Source: a virus
Length of the DNA stretch: 64,000 nucleotides
Virus record (IMG/VR): IMGVR_UViG_3300027777_000001
Coordinates: 10,080-74,079 of that record
Direction: 5' to 3' (one strand)
The position numbers and the translations under genes were made by a program. Positions 47,889-54,996 of this stretch are shown here, piece by piece. Every line of letters begins with the position of its first letter. The first letter of the stretch is position 1. Under the pieces are notes generated by a model that worked only from the letters and a program-made list of their open reading frames with translations, did not search any database and had not been told where the DNA came from.

Positions 47889-48793
47889 GTTGGAACTCCT
47901 GTAACAACCTCTTCATTGAAGAGCTCGATGCTTGCCTTCTTGAAGGGTGTGCCTTGGGTGTTGATGTGATAGCCGCAGGAATAGATACGGCCTCTCTTGT
48001 CAACCTTGTGGGTTAACCAGAACTTATTACCTTGGTTCACTAAGAGACTGTAGAAGCCATAAGACTGAGTCTTAAAGTCTTGCCATAGACTGATCTGCTC
48101 TTGGTTCTTGGCTACGAACGTAGGCTCCTCTTCAACACTAGATAAGAACTCAGTGTTGATCTTTAGAGGAACTTGGTTCATTAGATTCAGAACATCTAAG
48201 CAGATGTCTCCACCATGGTGATTACCTTGACCCAGTATCAATGAATCATTGTGGGTCAAGTAACCTGAGCTGTAGTTGCTAGTGAGCTCCAGTGGACTAC
48301 ACACCATGGGTGGTAAGTAGCTACTGTTACGCACAAAGTCTAGAGTCTGCTTGGTTAAGAAGATCCTAGACACCACTGTTAAGCTCGCTGTCCTACCTAC
48401 CTTACCAATGTCAAAGGCATCGGTTAAGCATAGTATGGCTAAGATCTCAGCGACTGTTGTGACTGCTTGTACTCGGTCACTGAACTTCAATCGACTCGCC
48501 ATCTGTGCTGCAACAGAAGACAACATCTCTTCTTTCTGGAAGTAACAGATACCTACGAAGATGTCTGTCACCAAGGTCTCGAAGTCTAGCCCTTCAAGCT
48601 GGGCTATCCTTCTATTCTTGGATTCATAGTAGGTACCTGCTGCATACTTCTCCAGAAGTTCTACACCTTCTTGTATCTTGGCTTGAGTATCAGGGTTGTC
48701 CCTGATGTCACCAGAGATATAACCGTCAATGAACTTACGGCTATATCTTTCCTCATTGGCTTCTTGCATGAAGATCTGCTTCAAAGTATCCAT
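47885..48793 (-). CDS. RNA polymerase II small subunit (N4 gp15-like)
   Basis: LPPMV..P, SGY, THKVDKRGRIY..GYH...QG (T/DxxGR motif). Confidence 0.92.
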   Translation of the reverse strand: MDTLKQIFMQEANEERYSRKFIDGYISGDIRDNPDTQAKIQEGVELLEKYAAGTYYESKNRRIAQLEGLDFETLVTDIFVGICYFQKEEMLSSVAAQMASRLKFSDRVQAVTTVAEILAILCLTDAFDIGKVGRTASLTVVSRIFLTKQTLDFVRNSSYLPPMVCSPLELTSNYSSGYLTHNDSLILGQGNHHGGDICLDVLNLMNQVPLKINTEFLSSVEEEPTFVAKNQEQISLWQDFKTQSYGFYSLLVNQGNKFWLTHKVDKRGRIYSCGYHINTQGTPFKKASIELFNEEVVTGVPT

Positions 48794-48806
48794 GCCTACT
48801 CCAAGA

Positions 48807-49181
48807 TTAGTAATGAACTACGTGAACGAACTTACCGAGCTTCTTCATGGTTTGAATCATGTGGGCTGTGCCTCTTGATTTTTGATCCCAAAAGGCTACG
48901 AGACCATCTGCTGCTTTACTCATGGCATCGTTACGGATGAACCCTGCACGCTTGCCATAGGTATCCCAATCTGCAGGGAACTTAATCAAAGGTACGTGGT
49001 ATTCCTCTGCGAACAGGACACCCAATCTGTCTGCACCTCTTGCCATGCCACTGACAATGCTCACTGAGACTTCGGCTAAAGCGTGATCCCCTAAGCCTAA
49101 GAGGACTAGTTGCATAGTCGTATAGTCCTCAAAGTCTCTACCGCCCGCTACAATCAATTTAAAGTCATTCATGGTACGCAC
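48807..49181 (-). CDS. YspA/SLOG-family (DUF2493-like) protein
   Basis: IVAGGRDF, SG.ARGAD, ADW..YGK.AG..RN..M, FWD..SRGT.HMI. Confidence 0.85.
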   Translation of the reverse strand: MRTMNDFKLIVAGGRDFEDYTTMQLVLLGLGDHALAEVSVSIVSGMARGADRLGVLFAEEYHVPLIKFPADWDTYGKRAGFIRNDAMSKAADGLVAFWDQKSRGTAHMIQTMKKLGKFVHVVHY

Positions 49182-49213
49182 CCCTTAACTGTGAATATGG
49201 AAGGCAGGAAGGC

Positions 49214-49232
49214 CCTATACAGAGGCGTAGCC
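49214..49232 (-). promoter_or_regulatory. vRNAP-type hairpin promoter (template = + strand)
   Basis: cctatacagaGGC-GTA-GCC. Confidence 0.75.
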
Positions 49233-49256
49233 CCCCATGCATCACCCGCAGCGAGG

Positions 49257-49292
49257 GAAAAGAACCCAGCCCTCCCGAAGGAAGACTGGATT
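49257..49292 (-). terminator. Intrinsic terminator (UUCG loop)
   Basis: - strand ccagtcttcc-ttcg-ggagggctgg-gttctttt. Confidence 0.7.
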
Positions 49293-49296
49293 AGGT

Positions 49297-49665
49297 TTAC
49301 TTTGAGCCAAGACGATTTGATTCTTTGAGTCGGTAATAATCGTTGGTGGCAATGACTAGCTCACGTTGCAAGCTATCGACCTCTGTATTAATTATCGTGA
49401 ACATCTCTTCTATGCCCAGCTGTTTGATTCTCTCAAGGCCGTAACCTAAAGTGGTTAAGATACGATGCGTACCTGTCTCAACTCGGTCATTTACCTTCCC
49501 GCATAATTCATCTACTACTTCTAGCTGGGCTTTTAAATTTGCAATAACAGCTAATGCTGTTTTGTGGTCATCGATTGCGATGTTGTTCATGTTGATTCCT
49601 TTGGATTGAGCCCAATCATCTCGAAAGATGACTGGATTAGGGTTAAGGCGTGATGTTTCCTGCAA
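49297..49665 (-). CDS. Hypothetical early protein (start uncertain)
   Basis: Coiled-coil-like ORF. Confidence 0.55.
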   Translation of the reverse strand: MQETSRLNPNPVIFRDDWAQSKGINMNNIAIDDHKTALAVIANLKAQLEVVDELCGKVNDRVETGTHRILTTLGYGLERIKQLGIEEMFTIINTEVDSLQRELVIATNDYYRLKESNRLGSK

Positions 49666-49855
49666 GTTTGAGCTCTAGCACTTCAAGACGAATCTGGTTC
49701 GCTCGGTCTTTGATGTGTGCAACACAAGCAGGGGTGAAATCGCAAACACCAATTACCATTTCATTCTCGATCCCGAGGATGTACTCGTTGATGTATCGAA
49801 TGTGTAATTTCATTGCTGAGAGATGTTCGTTCATCTGTTCGGTACGTGCGCTCAT
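49643..49855 (-). CDS. Hypothetical early protein
   Basis: 70 aa, SD aagga. Confidence 0.6.
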   Translation of the reverse strand: MSARTEQMNEHLSAMKLHIRYINEYILGIENEMVIGVCDFTPACVAHIKDRANQIRLEVLELKLAGNITP

Positions 49856-49876
49856 AATGATTCCTTTGGATGTGAG

Positions 49877-50206
49877 TTACCAAATACCTCTAGTTATTAG
49901 CTTTGCAAATTCATGGTTTTCTTTTTCTAATTCTTCAGCAGTGACATCGTTTGGTGCTTGGCGACGGTAGCTTGCGTACATAGCTGCACCATCTCGTTCT
50001 TGTTGCAAGTTATCGACTTGTTCAAGGATCAAGATGAGTTTGCCCAAGGTAGTCGAATGCTCTCTGGTTTCGGCTGTGAAGTTGAGTTTGATCATGATGC
50101 GATCAATAGCTTCTTCGGTATAGTCTCGAACAAGTGCTTCTGCTCGGTCTATCTTGGCTTGAAGACTGGCGTTAATTCGAGCTTGTTGTTCTTCGGTCAG
50201 TTTCAT
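49877..50206 (-). CDS. Hypothetical early protein
   Basis: 109 aa, SD aagga. Confidence 0.65.
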   Translation of the reverse strand: MKLTEEQQARINASLQAKIDRAEALVRDYTEEAIDRIMIKLNFTAETREHSTTLGKLILILEQVDNLQQERDGAAMYASYRRQAPNDVTAEELEKENHEFAKLITRGIW

Positions 50207-50239
50207 GATGGTTCCTTTGGATTGTGTAATCGGGGATAT

Positions 50240-50271
50240 AAAAAAACCTACAACCCCGAAGGGAAGTAGGC
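50240..50271 (-). terminator. Intrinsic terminator (UUCG loop)
   Basis: - strand cctacttccc-ttcg-gggttgtagg-ttttttt. Confidence 0.7.
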
Positions 50272-50288
50272 TTATCAGTGCTGAGGCA

Positions 50289-50807
50289 TTAAGCCAGACT
50301 GAATTTAGGACGGGCTGCTTTCTCTCCGGGGCGATAATCCCAGGTGAGGTTTGTTAAGAACTCAACAATGTTCTTTGGATCAGCTTCGAGATAGTGCATC
50401 AGACCTGCGTGCTGAGTGTTATCAGCCTTCAGTTCGATAAAGCCAAGCTTCGCTGTGCCGCCGCCCTCTGCTGGAAGGTGAAAGTTCAGATAACCCGAAG
50501 TGTTGGCTTCTGTAGCAACTGCTGGTACTGGAGAAATCATCTTGATCTGTGATTTCTGGTTGCGGCGGGGCGATTGGTAATCAACCGTCACCTTAGCTGC
50601 GAAGATAGCCAAATTAGCTGGGTTCGCTTCAAGGTATTCGCGCAACATCTTCTGGTTCTCAACAGCGTCTTTGAGACCGATAAAGCCTAACTTGTACAAA
50701 CTATCTTCTTGTGCAGGAAGATAGGAATTCAGAAAACCACTTGCTTTCCAGTCTTGGTCAGAAGATGACGATGAACGTGGAGCTTTGTTGGCATAGGGAG
50801 AAGCCAT
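50289..50807 (-). CDS. Early protein with internal tandem duplication
   Basis: Start MASPY; two copies of SG(F/Y)LN..LPA......KLGFI.LK......(L)..YLEA.P.N.......T.DY. Confidence 0.7.
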   Translation of the reverse strand: MASPYANKAPRSSSSSDQDWKASGFLNSYLPAQEDSLYKLGFIGLKDAVENQKMLREYLEANPANLAIFAAKVTVDYQSPRRNQKSQIKMISPVPAVATEANTSGYLNFHLPAEGGGTAKLGFIELKADNTQHAGLMHYLEADPKNIVEFLTNLTWDYRPGEKAARPKFSLA

Positions 50808-50849
50808 GATGATTCCAATATGAGAGATATGACAGGCACAGGATTTGTG

Positions 50850-50869
50850 CTGTAACAGAGGCGTAGCCT
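50850..50869 (-). promoter_or_regulatory. vRNAP-type hairpin promoter
   Basis: ctgtaacagAGGC-GTA-GCCT. Confidence 0.75.
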
Positions 50870-51481
50870 TGGTGGAGAACACGCAGACGTACCGAACCGA
50901 AGCAAGGCTCGTGGCTATGCGGGCAGGAAGGTACTTGTTTGGATTATGTATAACGAAGCTTAAGTGCGGCGATGAGATAGATAACGATGATTTTGAGTAA
51001 ATCGTTTCTTTGTGAAAACTTCTAACATTCCTTGGATTAGGTAGAAGACAAAGGCCTTGTCATTCTTACCTTTACAGAGTGTACGGAGTACACCTCAGTG
51101 TATTAAGTAGTACTTAGTATTAAGTAGTATATTTTAAACATTACTGTTTGGTAATGAAATGTAATCCTTAACCTTAAATGATGTATGTAAGTCCTTAAAA
51201 CCTTACGTGTATTACCGAACATATGATTATTGAGTCTATCTATATCCATACCTTCGGCCCTCTTATATAAGAGAACTAAACCTATAGGTAAATAAGGAGT
51301 TATATATAACTACTTGTAGGTATCTATATATGTATAGATAAGTAGTATTAAGTATGTATATAAGTCTTATAAGACTATATATAAGATCGCAGGGTAGGGT
51401 CAGGGGTTTGGAACCGATGTCTGCAGTCTAGCCGATGGATTATTCAAACTATCTAATAGCCTATTTATATTAGGGGTATTA

Positions 51482-51510
51482 GAAAAGAAAGACATACCCC
51501 GAAGGGTATG
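51482..51510 (-). terminator. Intrinsic terminator (UUCG loop)
   Basis: - strand cataccc-ttcg-gggtatg-tctttctttt. Confidence 0.75.
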
Positions 51511-51515
51511 CATTG

Positions 51516-51680
51516 TTAGTACGGTGTTTGGCTTGAGAGATACCAGGTGTAAAGATGGTGTTGGTGATCCTTTTCCAAGAACCTACTCTCCTCAGTATCT
51601 TTAGCAATTATTGCTTCCCAACGAGCATCTTGTTGACGCTCATACTCATACTCATCGAAGTCTTCTTTAGTAGTGACCAT
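51516..51680 (-). CDS. Small acidic early protein (not in ORF track)
   Basis: MVTTKEDFDEYEYE..., 54 aa, SD aagga, ends just before terminator. Confidence 0.6.
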   Translation of the reverse strand: MVTTKEDFDEYEYERQQDARWEAIIAKDTEESRFLEKDHQHHLYTWYLSSQTPY

Positions 51681-51682
51681 GG

Positions 51683-51844
51683 TTATTCCTTAATTGGTTT
51701 AGAAGGCCTTAAACGGAGGCACAAGGCGATTGCAGCTCCAAGGGTAGTAAGTAGTCCAACCCAGTAAAAGAACTGTGAGAGGGCTACTGCAAGGGCTAGG
51801 ATGAGCACTAGTGTCAGTGCTCCAAGAAGGAGATAGGATTTCAT
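51683..51844 (-). CDS. Small two-TM early protein
   Basis: Start MKSYLLLG, ATGA-coupled. Confidence 0.55.
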   Translation of the reverse strand: MKSYLLLGALTLVLILALAVALSQFFYWVGLLTTLGAAIALCLRLRPSKPIKE

Positions 51845-52026
51845 AAGGAATCCATCCAAGCATTTGCTGTAACCCAAGCTGCAAGTTCTGCATCTTGCTT
51901 GGCAAGGACACTGAGGTAATAAGCCTCAGCCTCTGCTGCATCAGCATCTGTACGATGCCAGAAGTAATGCTCCTCTCTGGAGAGGTCTTCAGCTTTAACT
52001 GTGTCGATCTCTGTGATCTGGTTCAT
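51841..52026 (-). CDS. Small early protein
   Basis: 61 aa, SD gagg. Confidence 0.6.
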   Translation of the reverse strand: MNQITEIDTVKAEDLSREEHYFWHRTDADAAEAEAYYLSVLAKQDAELAAWVTANAWMDSL

Positions 52027-52029
52027 GGC

Positions 52030-52188
52030 TTAATCCTCAAGCATAGCTGTTGAGAACATGAGAGAAGTCTCACGCTCTTGACCCGATACTTCTAATTCGT
52101 AGAGATAGTTCTCGAGACTGACGAGATCCGCACGGTCTTCAAACTCACCAGACCAGGCTTCTTGTTCGTGGTTGTATTGGCTAGTCAT
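52030..52188 (-). CDS. Small acidic early protein
   Basis: Start MTSQY with SD ggag, downstream of hairpin promoter. Confidence 0.6.
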   Translation of the reverse strand: MTSQYNHEQEAWSGEFEDRADLVSLENYLYELEVSGQERETSLMFSTAMLED

Positions 52189-52219
52189 GGTGCTACTCCA
52201 GAGAAGTAGACAAAATTGT

Positions 52220-52238
52220 CTATGACATACGCGTAGCG
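52220..52238 (-). promoter_or_regulatory. vRNAP-type hairpin promoter (variant stem)
   Basis: ctatgacataCGC-GTA-GCG, compensatory stem change. Confidence 0.65.
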
Positions 52239-52249
52239 AACAGCAAGGG

Positions 52250-52403
52250 AAAAAAAACACCCAACCATCCCGAAGGATGATTGAGTGTTAGATGTCTGCT
52301 ATCCCTAGCACATGAGTTGGATAAGCCTCATGCTCGCTGTCTGCCATGCTACCGGGCAGACTCAGTTGGAATAGACGCAAATACTTCTTTCTTTTGCTAT
52401 TCC
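52250..52403 (-). ncRNA. Candidate structured small RNA (about 150 nt) including terminator
   Basis: Bounded by hairpin promoter and UUCG terminator; three consecutive stem-loops; no ORF with SD. Confidence 0.5.
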
Positions 52404-52423
52404 GTTACAGAGGCGTAGCCTCT
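52402..52423 (-). promoter_or_regulatory. vRNAP-type hairpin promoter
   Basis: ccgttacAGAGGC-GTA-GCCTCT. Confidence 0.8.
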
Positions 52424-52444
52424 TGGATATGTACAGGTGCATAT

Positions 52445-52475
52445 AAAAAAAGGGGATAACCCATAAGGGTTATCC
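52445..52475 (-). terminator. Intrinsic terminator
   Basis: - strand ggataaccc-ttat-gggttatcc then cc and a U-tract. Confidence 0.75.
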
Positions 52476-52484
52476 ACTCTTGTG

Positions 52485-52679
52485 TTACCAATTCTTCATA
52501 CGTTCTTCAAGACGAGCTAAACGAAGCTCAAACTCTTTAGCGTAATGAGCCTCAGCTTCAGCACGACAAGCCTTTGTGTACTGACGATCTTTAATAAACT
52601 TAGGCATACTTACCTTAGGCAAGTTAAACTTAGGTAAAGTAATAGACTTAAACGACATCGTAGGGATAGTGATATTCAT
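52485..52679 (-). CDS. Small basic early protein (paralog A)
   Basis: Start MNITIP with SD ggag; repeated xLPK/xMPK. Confidence 0.65.
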   Translation of the reverse strand: MNITIPTMSFKSITLPKFNLPKVSMPKFIKDRQYTKACRAEAEAHYAKEFELRLARLEERMKNW

Positions 52680-52721
52680 GTGATGCTCCGAAAGGGGAAA
52701 GAGATGTCGGGACGACATCTT

Positions 52722-52740
52722 CTATAACTGAGGCGTAGCC
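52722..52740 (-). promoter_or_regulatory. vRNAP-type hairpin promoter
   Basis: ctataactgaGGC-GTA-GCC. Confidence 0.75.
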
Positions 52741-52751
52741 AATAGCTTAGG

Positions 52752-52791
52752 AAAAAATACACACACCATCCCCTAAGAGGGATGATGTGTT
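52752..52791 (-). terminator. Intrinsic terminator
   Basis: - strand acacatcatccc-tcttag-gggatggtgtgt-gtatttttt. Confidence 0.7.
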
Positions 52792-52894
52792 TACATCTAT
52801 GGTGTTGCTGGGTTGGTTTGAGAAACCGTATACATATCTGCCATATCTCATGCACAAAACAGATAAGTGAAGAGCCTCGTAATGCATTTGCTTT

Positions 52895-52916
52895 CCATTA
52901 CATAGGCGTAGCCTAT
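52895..52916 (-). promoter_or_regulatory. vRNAP-type hairpin promoter
   Basis: ccattacATAGGC-GTA-GCCTAT. Confidence 0.8.
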
Positions 52917-52934
52917 TAGATGTATACGGGTATT

Positions 52935-52976
52935 AAAAAAGAAACCAACACACACCCAGTTAGGATATGTGCTGGT
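52935..52976 (-). terminator. Intrinsic terminator
   Basis: - strand accagcacatatcc...gggtgtgtgttggt-ttctttttt. Confidence 0.65.
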
Positions 52977-52981
52977 ATCGA

Positions 52982-53200
52982 TTAACGAGATAACATTGAC
53001 TTCAGTTCTTTGACTCGAGCTTGAGCTGATGGAGTAGACATGAACTCTTTGTACATAGACTCAGTAGTAGGAGTAACAACAGTAGCCTTAACAGTGCGAG
53101 CCTTAGTGGTACGAGTGAAGCAGCTAGGCATAGCAAGCTTAGGCAGTGTGATGTTGAATGACTTCAACGAGACTGATACAACTGGGAGTGTGATCTTCAT
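52982..53200 (-). CDS. Small basic early protein (paralog B)
   Basis: Start MKITLP with SD ggag; ITLPKLAMP. Confidence 0.65.
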   Translation of the reverse strand: MKITLPVVSVSLKSFNITLPKLAMPSCFTRTTKARTVKATVVTPTTESMYKEFMSTPSAQARVKELKSMLSR

Positions 53201-53238
53201 GGTGTATTGCTCCAATGATTAAGTAGATGAACATTCAT

Positions 53239-53258
53239 CCATCACATTGGCGTAGCCA
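53239..53258 (-). promoter_or_regulatory. vRNAP-type hairpin promoter (first early promoter)
   Basis: ccatcacatTGGC-GTA-GCCA. Confidence 0.75.
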
Positions 53259-53542
53259 TGTAGTTAACTGAACTCAACTCGCTCTGAGTTAAGGAGGCAG
53301 GAGTCGAGCTGTCCTCTCCTCCCCCAGTGGACTGGGGTAAATCCAAATAAGGAAAGGTAGGGGGGGTACTTTCCTTTTTTCGTCTTTGCTGCCTCAGCCC
53401 TACACCCGTACCCATTTTATAAATTTCCTCAAAACCCTAATTAATTTTCTCTAAAAAATTATTATAAAAATAATAGAGTATTAGTTTGGATTATGGCTTT
53501 ACCATATAATGTCTTTATATAATCCTACTGGATATAAACATT

Positions 53543-54238
53543 ATGTCGGTATTAACTGTTGAACAGTTTAAACAGGTACTTCCTGATAAAGTTAAGAAGT
53601 CTGTTAACCAAGAACTGATTGATCAGGTTAATAACACCTTGTCTGATCCAGAGATGTTCGAGGCGTATAGGGATAATCTATTGTCCTATACCCGTGTCAT
53701 GTCAGATGGCAGGTTTAAGATTACTAGTTATATTGAAGCCATTAAGTATGTGAGCCATAAGTTAATGGGAGCCACGAATATCGAGGCTTATATTAAAACC
53801 TTTACAGATAAATATAATAGGTTCTTGGCTCAGGGTGTTACACCTAAAGATATTGCTAGTTATGTCACTGCTTATAATAAATCCAAGTTAGTGAACCTAA
53901 TCTTTGAACAAACATTAATCCCTAGTTATGTTCTAAACCAAGATCTTTATCAGAAGGCTTTGAATGTTCAGGCCGATCTAATGATTACCTCTAAATCTGA
54001 CAAGGTTCGCTGCGATGCAGCAAATAGTCTGTTAACGCACCTGAAGATGCCCGAGGTTACGAAGGTGGAGTTAGAGATTGGGGTGCGTGAGGATAGCTCG
54101 ATTGCAGCGCTCAGAGAGACCACCTTGGCCTTGAGTGCTCAGCAAAGGCTCATGGTTGAGGCGGGGATGATGAACGCTCAGCAGGTGGCACACAGCAAGC
54201 TGATGGTGATCGATGTCGAAGCCAAGGAGATTCACTAA
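53543..54238 (+). CDS. Terminase small subunit-like (N4 gp69-like)
   Basis: A.KYVSHKLMG, YNKSKLVN.I.EQ, AA.SLLTHLK.PE; synteny. Confidence 0.8.
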   Translation: MSVLTVEQFKQVLPDKVKKSVNQELIDQVNNTLSDPEMFEAYRDNLLSYTRVMSDGRFKITSYIEAIKYVSHKLMGATNIEAYIKTFTDKYNRFLAQGVTPKDIASYVTAYNKSKLVNLIFEQTLIPSYVLNQDLYQKALNVQADLMITSKSDKVRCDAANSLLTHLKMPEVTKVELEIGVREDSSIAALRETTLALSAQQRLMVEAGMMNAQQVAHSKLMVIDVEAKEIH

Positions 54239-54996
54239 TGGCAAAGCCTACCAAAGCAGAATTGTTTGAAGGTTATCTAGCCAAGGAAGGAATGACAGGT
54301 CGGCTTGCTGACTTGGCTCGAAGTATCTATGGGCAAGAGTCAGGTGGTGGGGCGAATGAAACTACTAGCAATGCAGGCGCTGTCGGTGGAATGCAGATCA
54401 TTCAATCTACCTTTAATGCCATGGCTGATAAGAATTGGGATATTAAGAATGCCGAACACAATGCCCGAGGTGGGTTGAGGTATATCAAACATCTTGATGG
54501 ATTGTCAGGTGGTGATCATGGCTTGACTGCTGTGGGTTACTACGGTGGGCCGGGGGCTATGAATAAGGCAAGGAACGGAGAAGCAGTCTCTGATCCAAGG
54601 AACCCTAATGCCCCCGATACGATTGCCTATGCAGATCAAGTCTTAGGACGGATGCCTGATAACAGTGGCTATGCACGGATTGCCCGTACTCCTGCAGCCG
54701 TAGCGTATCCAGTACCTGCTGCTCCTCAAGGGGATGGGATTCCTACAGAGATCCCTGCCTACCATGGCAAGCCAGATGAATGGAGCAAGTTTGGTAGGGC
54801 TATGCCACAAGCCCCTGTTGCACCGACGGACATGAACTACGGCAGACGAGTGGAGAATGCACCTGCATTACAACCCGAGGCTCCTGTGCTGGCTGCACAG
54901 TCTTATGAAATGGATCCAAGGGTAATGGCGCAATATATGCCCAAGTCTAACCAGCCCATGATGCAAGCCTTTCAGGGTTGGGGTAGCCCAGTATGA
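54238..54996 (+). CDS. Lytic transglycosylase (SLT) domain protein with Pro-rich tail
   Basis: QESGG, GA.G.MQI, N..GG.RY, YYGGPG. Confidence 0.8.
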   Translation: MAKPTKAELFEGYLAKEGMTGRLADLARSIYGQESGGGANETTSNAGAVGGMQIIQSTFNAMADKNWDIKNAEHNARGGLRYIKHLDGLSGGDHGLTAVGYYGGPGAMNKARNGEAVSDPRNPNAPDTIAYADQVLGRMPDNSGYARIARTPAAVAYPVPAAPQGDGIPTEIPAYHGKPDEWSKFGRAMPQAPVAPTDMNYGRRVENAPALQPEAPVLAAQSYEMDPRVMAQYMPKSNQPMMQAFQGWGSPV

